Positions 50,287-58,652 of a stretch of 64,000 bases of DNA are shown piece by piece; the first letter of the stretch is position 1, and each line of letters starts with the position of its first letter. Under the pieces are notes generated by a model, which saw nothing but the letters and a program-made list of their open reading frames with translations, did no database searches and had not been told where the DNA came from. Origin of the DNA: Nitrospirota bacterium (GTDB lineage: Bacteria > Nitrospirota > Nitrospiria > Nitrospirales > Nitrospiraceae); contig CAVPBK010000004.1 in assembly GCA_963701855.1 (NCBI GenBank), positions 288,001 to 352,000 of the forward strand, in the 5' to 3' direction. Position numbers and translations under genes: made by a program.

Positions 50287-51258
50287 CTAGGCAGTTCCGA
50301 CCGGCCCCTCCGCCTCTTTGTCTTTGCCCTGATCCTTCTTGTCCAAGAACGACTCTGCGCCGACTTCGTTCAGCAACAGACTCAGCTCGTTCCCCTGATC
50401 CTGCGCACCGCACTCATACGTCTGGCCTTCCGGTGAACTGAAGGTCGCGGGACGATAATCGGTTTCCGAGTAGGGCTGAGGAACGACGCCGAGAAACGCG
50501 ACTTCGAAATCCATCCACTCTGCCATCAAGTCCGCCACGTGTTTATAGAAACCTGTCCCGGCTTTCTTGACCAACATCCGGCAAAACAGCGGAACCCACC
50601 GCCCGATATGATTCTTGACAAACTTTTTCTGCGCATCCAGGACGATTTCAGTCTTGTCCGCTCCATCGTGACAGCGGGAATAGGATTCTTTGTAGGCCAA
50701 GAAATGCATAAACTCGAATTCAACGCTCAAATGATCCAGTCGCTCATGGATATCCTTGGATAGTTCCACCCCGAATGCGCGATAGAATCCAGCGATATCG
50801 CCCATGACTTGCGATTGAGCAAATACGTGATCGTTTCCAAAAAGCGTTTCGTAGGGAGGGCAATCGAGCGTGATGACATTACTGAAGACTCGGCGATGCT
50901 CGGCCTGCAGATCACTGAGTTGCCAATTGACACATTCCGACGCGACCACTTTCTCAATCTGATCGAACTGTTTGCGCAGCAACACCAGCTTGAGCTTGGC
51001 CCGTTCACCACCGATGCCGTCGAGCGCCTTGTCCAAGGCATCAAGTGCCGCCCGCCCATCCTCGACGAACTCTCCGCATTGCAGGTAATCGTGAAATTCG
51101 TCGTCTTCCGGATAAAGCTGGCTCCAGGAGACAAGGAGATAGAGCTTACTGCGGTTGAGGGCACGTTCGACTGCGGGTGAATCCTTGATGGCCATCGAAG
51201 CTGGAATGACCCCGGCCACGGCTTGAGAATTTGTTTGCACCGGCTGTTTGCTCGTCAT
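50287..51258 (-). CDS. TorD/DmsD-family molybdoenzyme chaperone (NXR maturation)
   Basis: CPPYETLF, DIAGFYRAFG, ERLDHLSVEFEFM, FVKNHIGRW. Confidence 0.9.
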   Translation of the reverse strand: MTSKQPVQTNSQAVAGVIPASMAIKDSPAVERALNRSKLYLLVSWSQLYPEDDEFHDYLQCGEFVEDGRAALDALDKALDGIGGERAKLKLVLLRKQFDQIEKVVASECVNWQLSDLQAEHRRVFSNVITLDCPPYETLFGNDHVFAQSQVMGDIAGFYRAFGVELSKDIHERLDHLSVEFEFMHFLAYKESYSRCHDGADKTEIVLDAQKKFVKNHIGRWVPLFCRMLVKKAGTGFYKHVADLMAEWMDFEVAFLGVVPQPYSETDYRPATFSSPEGQTYECGAQDQGNELSLLLNEVGAESFLDKKDQGKDKEAEGPVGTA

Positions 51259-51341
51259 GCGAGTCGGCTCCTCGCTTGACCCTTTTGCCCACAGAAATTT
51301 TTCGAGCCTAAGAGGTCAAGATTTTGGCACAAAACATTCGT

Positions 51342-51370
51342 ATGGTAGGTATCGGACGTGAGGTTGTCAA
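51342..51370 (-). promoter_or_regulatory. Sigma70 promoter of the chaperone-microprotein-nxrC unit
   Basis: Minus strand TTGACA-N17-TACCAT. Confidence 0.7.
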
Positions 51371-51486
51371 GCACGATCTTTTCTTTCGAAGAATATATTC
51401 TAAACATTTGATTTGTCAGATTATTCCTTTCGCGATACCCAGAATTTTCTGAACTTCATTTTTGCCTTCAGGCCTGCGCTTGTGGA

Positions 51487-52095
51487 TTACGAAAGCGGCT
51501 GTGCCAATAATCTATAGGGCGTGACTCGAATAGCCACCCGATCATTCACTGTCCGGCACACTTGTTCGCACAGCCCACAGCCGACGCAACGTTCAGCCGC
51601 CACCACAAGCCGCTGCGTGCCAAAATCCATCGAGAGGGCATCCGTGGGACATTTCGACGCGCAGGCATGGCACCCCTGCCCCGCCGTGCAGACTCGGTGC
51701 GAGACAGACGCGAGACCCATTCGTATCTGCCCGCGCCCTTCGATAGGAAGCAACGCCTCGGTGGCACAGGCCGCAATGCAGGGCACATCCTCGCAGAGAT
51801 AGCACGGCGTGTGATCCGCAAAAATCACCGGCGTCCCGTTCTGCGGATGAAACGTAATCGACCCGTATGGACAGACCTTGCCACAATCGCCGCATTGGGT
51901 GCATCGCTCTAAAAACAACGTCTCCTCGACAGCGCCTGGAGGACGCAACCAATCCGTCCGCACTGGCGGTGGAGCCGGTTGGTCCGGCGGGGCATGTTGA
52001 TGCTTGGAAAATTCTTGCGCCGCTTTGGCAACGGAAACGACAGAGTCCTTGAGGAAATCGCGGCGTCCATATGTCGGATCGGTGGCCACAATCAT
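51487..52095 (-). CDS. NapG/MauM-like multi-4Fe-4S ferredoxin
   Basis: RRDFLK, LRPPGA, CTQCGDCGKVCP, CYLCEDVPCIAAC, CHACASKCP, CVGCGLCEQVC. Confidence 0.88.
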   Translation of the reverse strand: MIVATDPTYGRRDFLKDSVVSVAKAAQEFSKHQHAPPDQPAPPPVRTDWLRPPGAVEETLFLERCTQCGDCGKVCPYGSITFHPQNGTPVIFADHTPCYLCEDVPCIAACATEALLPIEGRGQIRMGLASVSHRVCTAGQGCHACASKCPTDALSMDFGTQRLVVAAERCVGCGLCEQVCRTVNDRVAIRVTPYRLLAQPLS

Positions 52096-52101
52096 ACACC
52101 A

Positions 52102-53100
52102 TTACACGACGCCGTCGGCACGCAGCTTGTAGACCTCGACACAGCGGTCGCAGGCCCCAAATTCGATATCCCAGCCAGGGTGATTCTCGCGGATGAAATC
52201 GAGCACATAGGGCTCGAGTTTGTTGCCCATATCCTCAATCCACGAATAGGTCGGAAACCGGCACAGGGGGCAGGGAAATCCCGGCATCAACATGATTTTA
52301 TTTTCTGTTTCCGGAACCTCGCCTCCCTCGACATCTACGGCACGGTCCATCACTCGCAAGGTGTCCGACGCCATTTCGATCAATTCCGAGTGGGTAAAGA
52401 AACTCGTCTGCCACAACCCCTCAAACACCGACTTTAATTGTGGCGCGGGAATCTTGCGGTACCAGGAACGAAACTCTTTGAACCGGTCTTCTTTCCTGAG
52501 CATCGGCTCTTTGCCTGCAACAGCCAGCCGGCTGTCCACAGTGAGGCTCCACAAGACTCGATAGCGTTGAAGAATGAGAGTTTCCTCGCCGGGATTTTGC
52601 CCGACCTTGGTATCGGGATCGTACCCAAAGACCGGATCCAGCATATCCGAGATATGCAACAACTCATGGCGGCAATAGCGTGTAAGGGCAGGATCGTAGA
52701 ATCGCCGTGGTATGAGCTTGATCCCGACGCCTCTCAACCCCTTTTCCTCGAACTCGCGAGCCAGCTCGTGCTCGACGGATCCCCACTTCCTGAGAATATC
52801 GACGCCCTCCTGATCTTCCTTGAGCACCCCCTTGACGAGCACAATGCCGACTCGTTCTTTGAGCAATGGATATTCGTTGAAAGCATCGCGGATGATATCG
52901 GAAAACCCCCAGGTCCCGAACATGTACTGGTAGAGCTTCTTAAACTCACTCTCACGATCATCGAGCGTAAACTTCTCGTAGATCGGGTCGGCGAGTTCAT
53001 GGAACTCTTTATAATAGGTGGGGTCGCCTTCCCGCTCCGTTTTTTCGACGAACGAGTCGATGACCTCTTGCAGCAATGCGGGCTGAAAACGAAGTTCCAT
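52102..53100 (-). CDS. Hypothetical protein with HExxH and C-terminal Cys pairs
   Basis: RHELLH; CPLC...CDRC. Confidence 0.8.
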   Translation of the reverse strand: MELRFQPALLQEVIDSFVEKTEREGDPTYYKEFHELADPIYEKFTLDDRESEFKKLYQYMFGTWGFSDIIRDAFNEYPLLKERVGIVLVKGVLKEDQEGVDILRKWGSVEHELAREFEEKGLRGVGIKLIPRRFYDPALTRYCRHELLHISDMLDPVFGYDPDTKVGQNPGEETLILQRYRVLWSLTVDSRLAVAGKEPMLRKEDRFKEFRSWYRKIPAPQLKSVFEGLWQTSFFTHSELIEMASDTLRVMDRAVDVEGGEVPETENKIMLMPGFPCPLCRFPTYSWIEDMGNKLEPYVLDFIRENHPGWDIEFGACDRCVEVYKLRADGVV

Positions 53101-53200
53101 AACAATCCTTTGGGCGCACGCTAGCAAGCTGCGGAAAACCTCGGTTTATACCCAATACTCTGTTGGAATCTTGAAGATGGTGACGATGTCACAATAGCCA

Positions 53201-53367
53201 CAGGATGCTCAAAATGGCCAAACTTCTCACCCGCCCAACCCTGGCGCGCCAAGACGCGCTCCGTCCCAAGCAAGGCCGCAGCGAGCGAAGAGGCGAGGCA
53301 TACGCTTCGGTACGTTGAGCCTCTGAGCGACGCGAGAACGCCGCTGGCGGACATTTTCAGCATCCTG
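53201..53367. mobile_element. MITE-like element
   Basis: CAGGATGCTCAAAA / TTTTCAGCATCCTG terminal inverted repeats, followed by CTAG. Confidence 0.75.
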
Positions 53368-53500
53368 CTAGGAGGCTGCCTTGACTTGATGACAAAGCTT
53401 CTCTTACGATCACCCCACGCTGAGCGGAATTATACTGGCGCGAATAGACGGTTTGCAATCAAGCCGCGCCACTCTGTTCTAGTCGTAAGGATTATTGAAC

Positions 53501-54610
53501 ATGGCCGATCACACTATTTCCCAACTCGCCCCTACTCCCCCCCCACTCATACCATCACCGCCGGGAGCGGGCGCCGCACCAGTCGATTTTCTCGAGTATT
53601 GGAAGACAGGGGCGCGGGAACTGACCACGTATCGCGGCCATTCACATGGGGTCTGGTCGGTGGCCTTCACACCAGACGGGTTAACCCTTGCCAGCGGGGG
53701 AGCCGACCGGCTTGTCCGCCTATGGGATATTGAAACCGGACGCCTCCTGCGCTCACTCAGGGGGCATACGGCGGACATCCGATCCATTGTCTTCACGCCA
53801 GACGGCCAAACGTTGGCCACTGCCAGCGAGGATCGGACCATCCGGCTGTGGAATCCGACCACCGGCGAATCGAAGAAGCTTCTCTTCACACGTTATGACC
53901 ACAACGTCGTCAGCCTCTCCCTCTCGCCCGACGGCCTCATGTTGGCGCGAGGCAGCCACAACAAAGACATCAAGATCTGGGAAGTCACCACTGGCACTGA
54001 ACTCATGACTCTTCTCGGCAAAGACCAATACGACCACAACTGGTCTGTCTGTGTTGCCTTTTCGCCGGATGGAGTCCATCTCGCCAGTGGAATGGATATC
54101 GGCAAGATCAAGCTGTGGGAGGTCTTACCTAGCGGAGAGGAAAAAATTCTGCACAACGGCCACTGGAAACAGCACGAGGATGATACCAGTGAAACCCGCG
54201 GCTACTTCATCGAAGACGACGGTGGATTCCAAAAGCCGATGAGCTATTGGATCGGCGCAATAGCCTTTACCCCAGATGCCAAACTGCTCATTACCGGGAG
54301 CCGAGACGAGACGATCAAGCTGTTCGACATGCCTCAGATGGCAGAACAACGGACGTTGAAGGGCCATACAGCCTGGGTGCGAGCGCTCGCCGTCACAGCG
54401 GACAGCAAGGTGCTCATCAGCGCCGGCGATGACGCGACGATTCGGTTTTGGGATCTCTCGAACGGCCGCTGTTTCAGAACCATCAAGGCCCATGCCGCAG
54501 CTATTCGCGGCATTACCCTGTCACCGGACGGCATGAAACTGGCCAGTGCCTCGTGGGATCGGACAGTGAAGCTGTGGGAAGGCGGACCGGAACCTCAAGC
54601 AGAATGCTGA
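53501..54610 (+). CDS. WD40-repeat protein
   Basis: Repeated GH...VAFTPDG..LASG..D.T.RLW units. Confidence 0.92.
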   Translation: MADHTISQLAPTPPPLIPSPPGAGAAPVDFLEYWKTGARELTTYRGHSHGVWSVAFTPDGLTLASGGADRLVRLWDIETGRLLRSLRGHTADIRSIVFTPDGQTLATASEDRTIRLWNPTTGESKKLLFTRYDHNVVSLSLSPDGLMLARGSHNKDIKIWEVTTGTELMTLLGKDQYDHNWSVCVAFSPDGVHLASGMDIGKIKLWEVLPSGEEKILHNGHWKQHEDDTSETRGYFIEDDGGFQKPMSYWIGAIAFTPDAKLLITGSRDETIKLFDMPQMAEQRTLKGHTAWVRALAVTADSKVLISAGDDATIRFWDLSNGRCFRTIKAHAAAIRGITLSPDGMKLASASWDRTVKLWEGGPEPQAEC

Positions 54611-54690
54611 AAAATGAGGCGGGGTAGCTGGGACGAACACATGCTCGCGCAACGTGCGGCTTGAAAAAGCCCTCGTTGGACACGCGCAGT
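54599..54690. repeat. MITE-family fragment starting at the WD40 stop codon
   Basis: GCAGAATGCTGAAAAA then TGCTCGCGCAACGTGCGG..CCCTCGTTGGACACGCGCAG. Confidence 0.6.
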
Positions 54691-54885
54691 CAAGAAGTAA
54701 ACCGTGCCGTCCTAGAGGAAAGGGCAAAAAAATTCACTCGCTTCTGCCATTAACGCTTTGGCCTGGTCAGCGTTGTACGACACAACACCTACCCTGTCCC
54801 GTGCGCCTCAAAAAGCAACCATTCTTGTCTCGCTGTCGGAAATCCCCGTTGCATTTTTGAGCACATCGGTCTATACAAGCAACTC

Positions 54886-55155
54886 ATGAATGCCGAGCAG
54901 ATGGAAGAGATCAAACGCCATTTTGGCGTGGTTGCCGAAGCGCTCAGAGGCGACATCCGCCAGATCGCAGAAGGTCACGCCATTATTCGGCATGAGTTGC
55001 AAGAGCACCGTGGGGAAATTCGTGACGAGTTCAAAGAAATGCGAGCCCTCTTGCGGCTCTCATTTTCCCAACTCGATCAGCGTATCCACACTCTCGAAAC
55101 AGACATTTCTGTTCTGAAAACCCGTATGGATCGCCTCGAAACCAGCCGCATCTAA
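54886..55155 (+). CDS. Small coiled-coil hypothetical protein
   Basis: KRHFGVVAEALRGDIRQIAEG plus heptad repeats. Confidence 0.7.
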   Translation: MNAEQMEEIKRHFGVVAEALRGDIRQIAEGHAIIRHELQEHRGEIRDEFKEMRALLRLSFSQLDQRIHTLETDISVLKTRMDRLETSRI

Positions 55156-55517
55156 TTCCTACAGACCCCATTCAATCAATCCGCCGCACACGCGCTGTCG
55201 AGACCAATCAGAAAAGTAAAATATCACTATTCCCTTCTCCATGATGGGAACGGAACTCGGAGACGAAGCGGAGGTGCGGTGGCAGAGCCGTTCGCTCCAA
55301 CACCTCACGAAACGGCCCTTTCGGACTATGCCAGGCGGAATCCTTCAGAAGTTTCTTCCTCGCCTACCACTCCTCCACACAGAGTCAGCCGTATCTACCG
55401 TGTAGTCGTATCGCTGCCGAGACATTGCGCAGCACGTCTGAAACTCAGAATGTCCCACTTTTTCTTTCTCTTGCATCATCGACAATGGAGAATGCCCCTG
55501 TTTCTCCCCGACCCATT

Positions 55518-56435
55518 TTATTTCGCTGATGCTTTTTCACCAATTAACACCTTTAGCAACGCTTCACGCTCACTCTTGGGCAGGACATAATCAAATGTCG
55601 TAGGAGGCAACAAATACTCTTCTCGAAAGTGTTCTTCTAGCGTCTTAAAGCAACTCTTTGGAATCAGTTCGACCAGAGGCTCAACTGCGGTGAGTAAACC
55701 TCCTCTCGCGTTCTCGCCCGTAACTCCGTAAGCCTTGCGTGAATAGAAGTATCCGGCCACGTGGTCAGGAAGCAGCAATAGCGGCTCTTCCTGTTCGGTG
55801 GTGATAGAGACCTTGAAGTGTGGCTCAACCCTCGTGGCTTGAACCGTCTGGGGCAAATCTCCTTCTAGTCCCTCGAATACATTCTGGCAAACCTTTTGAT
55901 TCGCTTCCCCCTGGATGTCTGAGTCGAAGACTGCTTTCACCTTTATGCGCTGCACCGACCCATCGTTTCGAGGAAGCCAGTGGGAGTGGCGTCCCAAGTA
56001 CACACCCAGCAGGTCAGCACTGGCCAGTCCAAATTGATAGAGCTTGAACGTGTTCATTGGTTTCGCATATGGTGCGGCCTCTTGAGCATTTTTCACACAC
56101 TTCTCGTAGAGCTGATTTCCGTCCTCAAAATAGCGATCCCACTCAGGTGTATTCTTCCAGATTATTCGTACTATCCAGAAGAGCTGTCGCTTCGCGAGGA
56201 GCCGAAAGATCGCTCTAGCTGCTTCGTGACTCGCTTCGCTCTTCGACCACTTCACTAGGCTGCCTTTAGTTACGATCAGAAGGCTTTCTCGAACCTCGTC
56301 AACAGCCTTCGCCACTATCGCAACGGCTGAAAACACAATTGGCGTTTCTTTGGAGTGAGAATATCTACCTGCTGCGTCCAAAAAAAACGTCAAATTTGGA
56401 AACGGTGGTCTCATAGTGCACACAACCATAGGCAA
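55518..56435 (-). CDS. Hypothetical protein, DUF3800/RNase H-like pattern
   Basis: N-terminal FFLDAAG, central VFDS, C-terminal LLLLPDHVAGYF; visibly more AT-rich than flanks. Confidence 0.55.
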   Translation of the reverse strand: MPMVVCTMRPPFPNLTFFLDAAGRYSHSKETPIVFSAVAIVAKAVDEVRESLLIVTKGSLVKWSKSEASHEAARAIFRLLAKRQLFWIVRIIWKNTPEWDRYFEDGNQLYEKCVKNAQEAAPYAKPMNTFKLYQFGLASADLLGVYLGRHSHWLPRNDGSVQRIKVKAVFDSDIQGEANQKVCQNVFEGLEGDLPQTVQATRVEPHFKVSITTEQEEPLLLLPDHVAGYFYSRKAYGVTGENARGGLLTAVEPLVELIPKSCFKTLEEHFREEYLLPPTTFDYVLPKSEREALLKVLIGEKASAK

Positions 56436-56466
56436 AGAAACAGGAACATTCTACGTTTTCATCACG

Positions 56467-56527
56467 TGCGCGCGTCCAACGAGGGGAGTCCGCGACCGCG
56501 CGTTGCGCGAGCACAGAAGATCATCAG
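56467..56527. repeat. 61-bp direct repeat, copy 1
   Basis: 60/61 identical to 57153-57213. Confidence 0.9.
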
Positions 56528-56624
56528 GCTCCATCCCCTCCTCTGCTCTGCGAGCAAGAAGGGCACCAGGCCACTCCCCCCATCCTTTGCCCCACATCCT
56601 GGTGGCAGTTGAAGCCACTTTATC

Positions 56625-56846
56625 TTACGAGCCGATTTGGTAGATGGCAGGTCGGTAACGAGGCTTTGGGATAGGTTTGCGGGCCGTGCGAGCTGCTTCC
56701 AGCCAGACTTTCTTGGCCAGTTGTGCCTGCTTCAAAGCATCGGTCGGAGTTTTCCCGAAGGCAGAACAGGCGTCCAGATCGGGAATATCCGCGATATAGC
56801 CCTTGTCCGCGTCGCTATAGAAGATGTTGATGTGATAATTCTTCAT
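56625..56846 (-). CDS. hicB: HicB-family antitoxin
   Basis: YIADIPDLDACSAFGKTPTDAL..WLEAA..PIPKP. Confidence 0.88.
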   Translation of the reverse strand: MKNYHINIFYSDADKGYIADIPDLDACSAFGKTPTDALKQAQLAKKVWLEAARTARKPIPKPRYRPAIYQIGS

Positions 56847-56851
56847 GGTTC

Positions 56852-56941
56852 CTACTCGCCGTCCATACCTTTCCACCCTTCGGTGAATTGAAGGTTCTTG
56901 GAACCGGTGAGGGCTTTCGCGAGGAGCTTTCGCTTATTCAT
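56852..56941 (-). pseudogene. hicA: Internally deleted HicA-like toxin
   Basis: MNKRKLLAKALTGSKNLQFTE then an early stop (29 aa); VERY tail in another frame; no GSH motif. Confidence 0.6.
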
Positions 56942-57152
56942 TCGCACGCGTCCAACAAGGATCTTCCGAATTCCTTATGCCGCGCTTAGAGGGAGTGGCC
57001 GAGGCTACCTTTACTGCGCACAACATTTTCACCCGCCCAAACCCCGAGCGCGCCCAGACGCGCTCTTGTCCCAGGCGAGCACCACCCATCTAATTGACCC
57101 TTCCAAGCTTGCTCATTCTCGCTTCAGGGATGGGGGCTGATTGATCTTCCAC

Positions 57153-57213
57153 TGCGCGCGTTCAACGAGGGGAGTCCGCGACCGCGCGTTGCGCGAGCAC
57201 AGAAGATCATCAG
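57153..57213. repeat. 61-bp direct repeat, copy 2 (overlaps the response regulator stop)
   Basis: 60/61 identical to 56467-56527. Confidence 0.9.
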
Positions 57214-58652
57214 CCCTCATCCTCCGCCTCTTCTCTCGCCGATGGAATCCCGTAGCGCTTGCACTTTTCCCACAGAGCCTTGCGTGACAAACCGAGTATC
57301 TTCGCACCGGTTGTGCGGCTGCCTTCCACTCGCTCCAACACCGACAGGATATAGTCTTTCTCGAACTGTTCCCTCGCCGTCGCCAGCGAGGTCAGCGGAC
57401 GTGCTTCACGCATCTGCCCTGTCAGCCCTTCGCTACAGAATCCACACGATTCTTGTGGCTGCCCACCCGTATAGGGGCAGGGCTGGAACCCGCACAGATC
57501 AGACGGCTGGACCGCTTCACGATCCCGCCCCAGCGCCACCGCACGCTCGACCATGTTCTCCAACTCCCGCACGTTCCCCGGAAAGGAATAGCGCATGAAG
57601 AGCTCACGCGACTGGGAGGAAAATCCTTTCAACGTCTTATTCATCTTGCCGGAACACGTCTTCAGCATGTGGTCTGCGATGATCATGATGTCGTCCTGCC
57701 GTTGACGCAATGGGGGGATTACGATATGCACGACGTTGAGCCGATAAAATAGATCCTCTCGAAACCGCCCCAAGGAGACTTCTTTTCGAAGATCCTTTTG
57801 GGTGGCACAGACCAGGCGCACATCGACATCGATCCTGTCGTTTCCCCCGACACGCTCAAACTGCCGTTCCTGGAGTACCCGCAATAATTTCACTTGGACG
57901 ACCGGTGAGATTTCTCCGATTTCATCGAGGAACAACGTGCCCCGATGGGCCAGCTCGAACCGCCCGCGCCTCTGCCGCAGCGCCCCTGTGAAGGCCCCCT
58001 TCTCATGACCGAAGAGTTCCGCTTCCAATAAGGTTTCCGGAAGCGCCGCACAGCTGACTTTGATCAGGGGATAGTGGCTGCGGGGGCTGTTCTGATGGAT
58101 GGCATTGGCGACCAATTCCTTGCCGGTTCCACTTTCTCCAAAAATCAGCGTCGTCGAATCGGTTCCCGCCACTAGCTTGATCTTCTCGAGCACAGCCCGC
58201 ATTTGGTTGTTCGCCCCGAGAATGCCCCCAAAACTGAACTTGTCTTCCAACACCGCTTTGAGATCTTGATTTTCGCGACGCAAGGTTACAACGCGGCCCA
58301 CCCGCTCGACGATCAACAACAATTCGTCCATCTGGAACGGCTTCGTGATGTAATCAAAAGCGCCGAGCTTCATTGCCCCGACCGCCGTTTCCACCGATCC
58401 ATGGGCGGTAATCACCACGATCTCCGTGTGAGGCGACTGCGCTTTGGCCGCTGTGAGCACCATAATCCCGTCCGCGCCTGGCAGCCGCAGATCGGTGATC
58501 ACCAGATCGAATGGTCGTTGGCGGATGGCGTCGATCCCTTCTGTCCCGGATGCCGCCGCTTCGATATCATGGCCGACCGTCTCCAACGCATCGACCATCG
58601 ACAGCCGCATCAGCGGTTCATCATCGACCAGTAAAATCTTGAGCCCTTTCAT
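57210..58652 (-). CDS. Sigma54-dependent response regulator (NtrC family)
   Basis: REC domain, GESGTGKE, GAFTGA, FREDLFYRLNV, Fis-type HTH. Confidence 0.95.
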   Translation of the reverse strand: MKGLKILLVDDEPLMRLSMVDALETVGHDIEAAASGTEGIDAIRQRPFDLVITDLRLPGADGIMVLTAAKAQSPHTEIVVITAHGSVETAVGAMKLGAFDYITKPFQMDELLLIVERVGRVVTLRRENQDLKAVLEDKFSFGGILGANNQMRAVLEKIKLVAGTDSTTLIFGESGTGKELVANAIHQNSPRSHYPLIKVSCAALPETLLEAELFGHEKGAFTGALRQRRGRFELAHRGTLFLDEIGEISPVVQVKLLRVLQERQFERVGGNDRIDVDVRLVCATQKDLRKEVSLGRFREDLFYRLNVVHIVIPPLRQRQDDIMIIADHMLKTCSGKMNKTLKGFSSQSRELFMRYSFPGNVRELENMVERAVALGRDREAVQPSDLCGFQPCPYTGGQPQESCGFCSEGLTGQMREARPLTSLATAREQFEKDYILSVLERVEGSRTTGAKILGLSRKALWEKCKRYGIPSAREEAEDEG

